Assembly: GCA_016839945.1 (NCBI GenBank)
Contig: JAEOTE010000169.1
Span: forward strand, 1-12,255
From: Candidatus Heimdallarchaeota archaeon
Lineage (GTDB): Archaea; Asgardarchaeota; Heimdallarchaeia; Heimdallarchaeales; Heimdallarchaeaceae
Direction of reading: 5' to 3'
Length of the DNA stretch: 12,255 nucleotides
The first letter of the stretch is position 1. Every line of letters starts with the position of its first letter. Below are positions 6,767-12,255 of the stretch, one piece after another. Below the pieces are notes generated by a model. That model was not told the origin of the DNA, ran no database searches, and saw only the letters and a list, made by a program, of their open reading frames with translations. A program made the translations under genes and the position numbers.

Positions 6767-7537
6767 ATGCGAAAAAGAGATGAAAAAATTACTAAAGTTG
6801 CAGAACTAATTGTTCAAGCAGAAAGTATAATGTTCTTTACTGGTGCTGGAACAAGTGTTCATAGTGGAATCCCTGATTTTCGATCTCCTGGAGGTATTTG
6901 GGAAAAATATAGTCCTGCTGAATATGCAACACTCGCAGCTTTTCATAAAAACCCAGAGAAGATATGGAACTTCTTCCGAGACATGTATGTTAAATTTTCT
7001 GAACCTGAACCTAATCTGATTCATCATGCAATAACTGATATACAACAACTCAAAGGAGAAAACAAAGTACATATAGCTACACAAAATATAGATGGTCTTC
7101 ATCAGAAATCTGGTTCAACAAATGTTTTTGAGTTACATGGAACAACCGAAAAATTACATTGTCTAAGATGTTTATATGAAGAACAAGTTGAACCAGAAAA
7201 GCACTTAGAATTATTACCTTATCCAATTTGTCCAAAATGTAAAAAACCTTTGAAACCTAGTGTTATTCTCTTTGGTGAATCTCTTGATATGAATATTTTT
7301 CGACCAGCGATGAAGATTGCTAAAAGAAGTGATATTGCGATAGGAGTAGCTACTAGCTTAGAAGTATTTCCTGCAGCAGATATATTGCTTGCTCCTCCTC
7401 CAAATAAAACAAAAAAAGCATTATTCAATCTCACAAAAACCTACTACGATAAATTAATTCATTATGTAATTAAAGGAGATGCAATAGAAACACTTCCTCA
7501 ATTAGTTGAAGAAGTCAAAAAATTAGAAAAAAAATGA
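6767..7537 (+). CDS. cobB: NAD-dependent protein deacylase, Sir2/CobB sirtuin family
   Basis: GAGTSVHSGIPDFRSP, TQNIDGLHQ, catalytic ELHG, Zn ligands CLRC/CPKC, KPSVILFGE, TSLEVFPAA and FNLTKT. Confidence 0.93.
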   Translation: MRKRDEKITKVAELIVQAESIMFFTGAGTSVHSGIPDFRSPGGIWEKYSPAEYATLAAFHKNPEKIWNFFRDMYVKFSEPEPNLIHHAITDIQQLKGENKVHIATQNIDGLHQKSGSTNVFELHGTTEKLHCLRCLYEEQVEPEKHLELLPYPICPKCKKPLKPSVILFGESLDMNIFRPAMKIAKRSDIAIGVATSLEVFPAADILLAPPPNKTKKALFNLTKTYYDKLIHYVIKGDAIETLPQLVEEVKKLEKK

Positions 7538-7572
7538 ATTATCTGCATTAAGGGAAACAAAATTATAGTAGT

Positions 7573-7586
7573 AGAAACTTTAAAGT
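7573..7586 (+). promoter_or_regulatory. Putative BRE-TATA promoter of the acidic/Tubby-like gene
   Basis: AGAAAC followed by TTTAAAGT. The TATA starts 37 nt upstream of ATG 7616, the same spacing as the other promoters in the window. Confidence 0.45.
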
Positions 7587-7615
7587 ATTCAATTTACTAA
7601 ACTATTGTTGTAAGG

Positions 7616-8695
7616 ATGATTAAGATGTTTAACGAAGAATATGAAAGGAAAGAAGAAGAAAGGAATAAAAGTCCATTTCAAGACGAATTACAAGATGCGA
7701 TGGAAGAACAAAGAGAAGAAGTTGATGAAGATATTAGGGAAGAAGAAGATATAAAGGAAGAAGTAAGAGATGAAGACTACATGGAAGAAAGATTTGTTCA
7801 ACAAGAAAGAGATGTAGTTCCAGAAGAGGAAGAGGAAGAGGAAAAAATGGAAGTTAAACCAGTTGTAACAGAAGAAAAAGCTGTAACAGAAGAAAAAGCT
7901 GTAACAGAAGAGAAAAAGAAAGAAGAAAGAATAGTTTATTCACACATCGATATTGATTTATGGCGAACCAAACTCCATAAGGAAGAATGGGGGATTAGAC
8001 TAGATGCACAGAGAGCTCAAAAAGATAGACAATGGACTCGAGATATGGATATGATTGGAGAAATTAAGGTGGATAAGGAACCATTTGGCGGTTTAGCTAT
8101 AAGAGAAAAAATATGGAAACATCAAGATCAGCTTGAAAGACGATTTGTTATGAAAATATTCTCACCTAGTGGTTACTGGAGAGGAAGTATCGAGAGATTG
8201 CAAGGTGAAAGTTTCGCTAATTCACTAGCAACTAAAGAACCATGTCCTTCCTATGTATGTATTTCTAAACATACTCGCAATTTATTTAGAGTAAAACGTT
8301 TAGCACATTTTCCTCGGTTCCAAGGAGAAGTATTTGGATTCAGTTATTTAGATGAAAATGACATTTTTCAATCATTTGTTATTGATGATAAACGCCCCAC
8401 ATTTGGCTCGGATTGGATTGTTAAGGATATACGAGATAAACAAGTTGCGAAAATAAATGGGAAGTTTGCAAATATAGGAGGAAGATTCAAAATAGATATT
8501 TTTGATCCGATATTAGCTAAAGATAAAAGCTTTACCATGATAATGATCTTATTTGGTTCTACTTTACGTTTTCACAAACAAATTAAGAAAAACATCAAGA
8601 AATCTCTTAAGCTGCTTAAGAATACAGATGCACAAATAAAATTAGACGATAGTGAAGCCAACTTATACCTTAATCCAAGAAAACTATCCATTTAG
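7616..8695 (+). CDS. Hypothetical protein: acidic disordered N-terminus plus a probable Tubby/LURP-one/scramblase-like beta-barrel domain
   Basis: 359 aa ORF with 45 D/E in the first 105 aa. The C-terminal part is a run of beta-hairpins (DWIVKDIRDKQVAKINGKFANIGGRFKIDI) followed by one hydrophobic helix (FTMIMILFGSTLRF), the pattern of Tubby C-terminal-like folds. The fold call is inference. Confidence 0.75.
   Translation: MIKMFNEEYERKEEERNKSPFQDELQDAMEEQREEVDEDIREEEDIKEEVRDEDYMEERFVQQERDVVPEEEEEEEKMEVKPVVTEEKAVTEEKAVTEEKKKEERIVYSHIDIDLWRTKLHKEEWGIRLDAQRAQKDRQWTRDMDMIGEIKVDKEPFGGLAIREKIWKHQDQLERRFVMKIFSPSGYWRGSIERLQGESFANSLATKEPCPSYVCISKHTRNLFRVKRLAHFPRFQGEVFGFSYLDENDIFQSFVIDDKRPTFGSDWIVKDIRDKQVAKINGKFANIGGRFKIDIFDPILAKDKSFTMIMILFGSTLRFHKQIKKNIKKSLKLLKNTDAQIKLDDSEANLYLNPRKLSI
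7864..7915 (+). repeat. In-frame 18-bp tandem repeat, about 3 copies (TGTAACAGAAGAAAAAGC), encoding VTEEK(A)
   Basis: Exact copies at 7864-7881 and 7882-7899, and a degenerate partial third copy from 7900. Confidence 0.9.
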
Positions 8696-8745
8696 TTTCT
8701 CTTAAATTTCTTTTTTTCTCTTTCAGGATTTTTTTATTCTTATAT
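8696..8745 (+). terminator. Putative archaeal oligo-T/pyrimidine-rich terminator
   Basis: TTTCTCTTAAATTTCTTTTTTTCTCTTTC...TTTTTTT directly follows the TAG of the 7616 gene and contains two T7 tracts. Confidence 0.5.
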
Positions 8746-8773
8746 CCTTTTATATCTAAAAGGCATTAAATGA

Positions 8774-10201
8774 ATGAAGGAAGAGCAGATGAATAAAGAG
8801 ATCAAGATACGTTTTGGATTGGCTTTTGATTTAATTATTGAATCAAATGAAGAAATCGAAGACTCAGATTTACTTAGATTCCTTAAATCTAATCCTAAAA
8901 AGAATAACGAATATCGAGCTCTTCCACATTTATACCAAAAAATCATTGATTTGTTTGAAGATAAAGGGTATTCTGTAGATTCTGCTGTTTTGAATGAACC
9001 AAATTTAACAGAACAATATTCTAACAAAGTTATTGTAAACTTAAAACTTCGGGAATACCAACAAGAAGCTCTAAGACTATTCTTTGAAAATAAAGGTAAA
9101 GGTGTGGTTATACTCCCAACTGCAGCAGGAAAAACAGTAATAGGTCTAAAAGCAATTGAGGAGCTTAAGCAAAAAACAATTATTGTTGTTCCAACAAAGA
9201 ATTTACTTTATCAATGGATAGAATATCTAACAAGATATACAGCATTAAGAAGAGACATGATAGGACAACTTGGTGATCAAGTCAAGGATATTAAGGAGAT
9301 CACTGTTACAACATACGATAGTGCGAGAATACCAGCTAATATTAACAAACTAAGAAAGGATTTTAATTTACTAATTTTTGATGAAGCACATCATGGTGCT
9401 GCTAAAGAAACTCTAAAAGTGCTAAAGGGGCTTCCTGCAATTTATAGACTAGGGTTAACAGCTACACCTGATAGGTCAGATAAGGGAGAAGAATTACTTT
9501 TTAAATTAATAGGAAAGCCAATCGTTGTTACCAAGGTTTCAGAATTAGCAGAGAAGGGTTATGTTGCAAAATATGAATTAAAAACACTGAAAGTTCCTTT
9601 GGAAGATGAAGAAAGACAGCTATATGAAAAATATATGAAGACATATAGAGGTTATTTAAAAAGAAGAAATATACAAATAAAAACACCTCAAGATTATGAA
9701 AAGTACCTAATTTTTAGAGTAAATCAAGACATAGAAGCGAAAGAGGCTCTAGATGCCCATAGAAACGCAAGAACACTTGTTTTTTCCTCTAAAGCAAAAT
9801 TGAAAGAAATAGAAAAGCTGCTAATTGAACACGAAGATGATCAAATGATCATTTTTTCGGAATTTAATGAAATGGTTTATGATATAAGCAAAAACCACCT
9901 AATACCAGCTATAACGCATGAAACGAAAACATCAGAGCGAGAGGAAATCCTGGGAAAATTTAGTGAAGGATTATACACAAAAATAGTAACAGGAAAAGTT
10001 CTGGATGAGGGGTGGGATTGTGGGAATGTTAATGTTGGTATAATTGTAAGTGGAACTGGTCAAGCTAGACAGTTTATACAAAGATTAGGGAGAATTTTGA
10101 GACCAAAAGAGGGAGATGCGGTTCTCTATGAGTTGGTAACTCCAGAGACTCTTGAAGCTGGGACTGTTAAAAGAAGAAGAAAAACAGAGGTATTTGAATG
10201 A
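8774..10201 (+). CDS. xpb: XPB/Rad25 (SSL2)-family SF2 DNA repair helicase
   Basis: LREYQ Q-motif, PTAAGKT, DEAH, TATPDRSD (RED-motif position), VLDEGWD and QRLGRILR. Coupled to a DUF790 gene. An alternative ATG start is at 8789. Confidence 0.9.
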   Translation: MKEEQMNKEIKIRFGLAFDLIIESNEEIEDSDLLRFLKSNPKKNNEYRALPHLYQKIIDLFEDKGYSVDSAVLNEPNLTEQYSNKVIVNLKLREYQQEALRLFFENKGKGVVILPTAAGKTVIGLKAIEELKQKTIIVVPTKNLLYQWIEYLTRYTALRRDMIGQLGDQVKDIKEITVTTYDSARIPANINKLRKDFNLLIFDEAHHGAAKETLKVLKGLPAIYRLGLTATPDRSDKGEELLFKLIGKPIVVTKVSELAEKGYVAKYELKTLKVPLEDEERQLYEKYMKTYRGYLKRRNIQIKTPQDYEKYLIFRVNQDIEAKEALDAHRNARTLVFSSKAKLKEIEKLLIEHEDDQMIIFSEFNEMVYDISKNHLIPAITHETKTSEREEILGKFSEGLYTKIVTGKVLDEGWDCGNVNVGIIVSGTGQARQFIQRLGRILRPKEGDAVLYELVTPETLEAGTVKRRRKTEVFE

Positions 10202-11919
10202 GAATTTCTTTATCAAATCTAGAATTTAATATCCAAGGATCTGGAGCAAATGCTGTTTTTCAACCTATGTTTCTTCAAACAGAGGAAAGTAATAAGGTTC
10301 AAGCTTTCATCCAATTTCTTGAGGAAAATGTAAATATCAAAAAATCAAAAATTCCTTTTAATCTTCTCTCAGGTCTTTTTCCTTCAGAAAAAATATCCAA
10401 ATCTCTTACTGTTTCCTCGAATAGATTTTACTCTTTTTCATCTCAGTCAATAAGTGATTTGCTAGGAATATCGAAAGAAGAAGAAAAAACTCCAATCCAA
10501 AGTGAGAATATTGCGGATTTTCTTTCAAAGTCAGAAAAAATTAAGACACCAATAATCAATTTGACTCCTCAGCAAATTAGAGGAAAAATCTTTGATTTAG
10601 CTAATAAATCCTCAAAAGGTTTTGTTTCATTGGAAAAACGAATAGATCTAGTTGCAGAAATTGAAAAAGAACTGAATATTCCGAAGAATAAGCTTGATGA
10701 GCTTCTCTACATTGATACAGATTCCGAACAAATTTTGATTAAAAATAATGATGTTGAGCCTATTCAATTGATTTGCTATTTCAACTATGACACAATTGAA
10801 ACTATTCTTTGTTTTGCCTTAAATCTTCAAATAATAATGAAAAAACTCCCTGGATATTTAGCGAAGAACTTGGTTTTCATTTCAAAGAAGAATTATGTTT
10901 TTACGGACATTACGTTGAGTGAAGAAGGTTATCAAATAAGTATCGAACCACCACTCGAATTGTACCGTGATACAAGCAGTTGGGGAAGAAACATCTCAAA
11001 TGTAGCAACCTATATTTTACGAACAATTCTTCGTGAAGAGATACCATTCCAATTAAAAGCAGCTGTTCGTCCAAGAAAAAGAAGAGCTAGTTTTACTCTC
11101 AGTTCTGAATATTTACCTTTATTGCCTTCATTCAAAAAGAGTGAAGATGAGGAGTTCAAACCTGAAATCGATTCAAAAGTTGAAAGTAAATTCTTGAAAA
11201 CATGGAGAAATTACAAAGGATGGAAAGCTAAACCTGAACCAGAAGCGATTATAGCTGGTAAGAAAATGTATGTACCAGATTTCTTACTTCAAAGAGGGGA
11301 AAAAGAAGTTTATCTAGAGATTGTTGGTTATTATACAATGAAATATATTCAGAAGAAAAAAATGCAAATGAAAGAGCTTTCAAGGTTAGGGATCCCTATA
11401 ATTTATTTGATAGATGAAAGTATAGAAAGCAATTTTTCAGATGTAAAAGGAGTAGTTACAACTATCTTTTCAGGAACTGATATACCCAACAATGAGGTTG
11501 CAAGGTTACTTGAAGAGAAATATACTGATTACGAAGAAAGACTTCCTATTTTGAAAGAGAGAGTCGAAGTTTTATGTTATGAAATAAATGATAAGTTGCA
11601 GTTAATGACAATTCAAAGAGTACAACAGAGACTAGAAACATATACTACAGAAGAAGCCAGTAAAGCATTAACAGAAAAGGATATCTCAAATCTACTGAAA
11701 GAAAACAAAATACTCTTTTTATCTAGTTTTGGACTTGTTAAAGAGGATGTTGTGAAAGAGGTTCAAACATTCATGGAGACAATCGACACTATAAGTTTAT
11801 CAAAACTTAAAGAAGAATTTCTTGATTATAAAGAAGCTTTGATTATCATTTGTCAGCATCTAGGACACAATGTTAACTGGAAATCAATTAATGATATCGA
11901 AATTTCTACAACAAAATAG
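10198..11919 (+). CDS. bax1: Bax1 / DUF790-family endonuclease (XPB partner)
   Basis: DSKVESKF...GW...PEPE...VPDF...YLEIVGYYT..Y..KK matches the DUF790 nuclease signature (DSxxE...EPE...PDF...EIVGFWT). ATGA 4-nt overlap with the XPB stop codon. Confidence 0.88.
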   Translation: MRISLSNLEFNIQGSGANAVFQPMFLQTEESNKVQAFIQFLEENVNIKKSKIPFNLLSGLFPSEKISKSLTVSSNRFYSFSSQSISDLLGISKEEEKTPIQSENIADFLSKSEKIKTPIINLTPQQIRGKIFDLANKSSKGFVSLEKRIDLVAEIEKELNIPKNKLDELLYIDTDSEQILIKNNDVEPIQLICYFNYDTIETILCFALNLQIIMKKLPGYLAKNLVFISKKNYVFTDITLSEEGYQISIEPPLELYRDTSSWGRNISNVATYILRTILREEIPFQLKAAVRPRKRRASFTLSSEYLPLLPSFKKSEDEEFKPEIDSKVESKFLKTWRNYKGWKAKPEPEAIIAGKKMYVPDFLLQRGEKEVYLEIVGYYTMKYIQKKKMQMKELSRLGIPIIYLIDESIESNFSDVKGVVTTIFSGTDIPNNEVARLLEEKYTDYEERLPILKERVEVLCYEINDKLQLMTIQRVQQRLETYTTEEASKALTEKDISNLLKENKILFLSSFGLVKEDVVKEVQTFMETIDTISLSKLKEEFLDYKEALIIICQHLGHNVNWKSINDIEISTTK

Positions 11920-11989
11920 ACTAATTTTACATTAGAATTACCAAATCTAACGAAAAATTCATTTAGTGTAAAACTAGTTTGTAATCATT

Positions 11990-12255
11990 ATGCCAGATAA
12001 GATTGCAATTATTGGAGGGTCAGGAGTATATGATATTTTTAAGAGACCACAGAAGGTTTCTGTAAAAACACCCTATGGTAAAGCAGGCAGTATTAGAAAA
12101 GTTACACACAAGGATGTAGAGGTGTTTTTCCTCCCTAGACATGGTCCAAAACATTCAGTTCCACCTCATCTTATAAATTATAGAGCTAATATCTATGCAT
12201 TATATAGTTTAGGAGTGACTAAGATTTTTGCAACTAATGCTGTAGGTTCAATTGA
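11990..12255 (+). CDS. mtnP: MTAP/MTIP-family purine nucleoside phosphorylase (3' end truncated; absent from the ORF track)
   Basis: Manual translation from ATG 11990 gives MPDKIAIIGGSGVY...KTPYG...FLPRHGPKHSVPPHLINYRANIYALYSLGVTKIFATNAVGSI. It contains GGSG, TPYG, RHG..H..PP, NYRANI and AVGS, and is open to the window end. Confidence 0.93.
   Translation, partial: MPDKIAIIGGSGVYDIFKRPQKVSVKTPYGKAGSIRKVTHKDVEVFFLPRHGPKHSVPPHLINYRANIYALYSLGVTKIFATNAVGSI

Noticed and set aside
6806-7434. Minus-strand ORFs 6806-7102 and 7219-7434
   Set aside because: Antisense to the sirtuin with no motifs.
7864-7915. 18-bp repeats as a CRISPR array
   Set aside because: The units are directly adjacent with no spacers, lie in frame within a CDS, and no cas genes are present.
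7535-8776. Sirtuin, orphan and XPB share a frame with two 78-bp spacers, suggesting a readthrough polyprotein (Sec/Pyl recoding)
   Set aside because: The first spacer contains an additional in-frame TAA, the spacers share no sequence similarity, and they carry promoter- or terminator-like signals. Most likely coincidence.
8740-9027. 95-aa minus-strand ORF
   Set aside because: Antisense to the XPB 5' region with no motifs.
6767-11919. Sir2 plus helicase plus nuclease read as an anti-phage system (Sir2-HerA, DSR or Thoeris-like)
   Set aside because: The sirtuin is a classical Zn-binding deacylase rather than a SIR2_2 NADase effector. The helicase and nuclease are the housekeeping XPB-Bax1 pair, and there is no mobile-element or defence-island context.
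11920-11989. Palindrome AAACTAGTTT (11971-11980) and BRE-like CGAAAA upstream of the phosphorylase
   Set aside because: Short and AT-rich, with no convincing TATA box. Expected by chance at this base composition.
1-12255. A SAM by-product salvage cluster (radical SAM, methyltransferase and MTAP)
   Set aside because: The genes are kilobases apart, separated by unrelated genes in mixed orientations, with no evidence of linkage.

Overview
AT-rich (roughly 30% GC by eye), densely coded archaeal chromosomal window. It is most likely from an Asgard archaeon (Heimdallarchaeia-like), inferred from BRE/TATA promoters, XPB-Bax1, a two-subunit fumarase, an inserted wHTH regulator and a TM-anchored Kelch protein. 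It holds 13 CDSs, in order: a 5'-truncated RlmN/Cfr-like radical SAM enzyme; a divergent DUF362 protein; a wHTH regulator; a CsgA-like SDR; a secreted, membrane-anchored six-blade Kelch propeller; a class I SAM methyltransferase; class I fumarate hydratase alpha and beta (transcribed beta then alpha); a Zn-binding sirtuin; an unknown protein with a very acidic N-terminus and a Tubby/LURP-one-like C-terminus; a translationally coupled XPB helicase and Bax1 (DUF790) nuclease; and a 3'-truncated MTAP/MTIP-family phosphorylase missing from the ORF track. No RNA genes, CRISPR arrays or mobile elements were seen. The main points of interest: (i) the RlmN-like enzyme keeps the methyl-carrier Cys but lacks the resolving Cys, implying different chemistry; (ii) the acidic/Tubby-like orphan lies between the sirtuin and XPB-Bax1; (iii) a 31-bp palindrome or mirror promoter sits between the wHTH regulator and the SDR.
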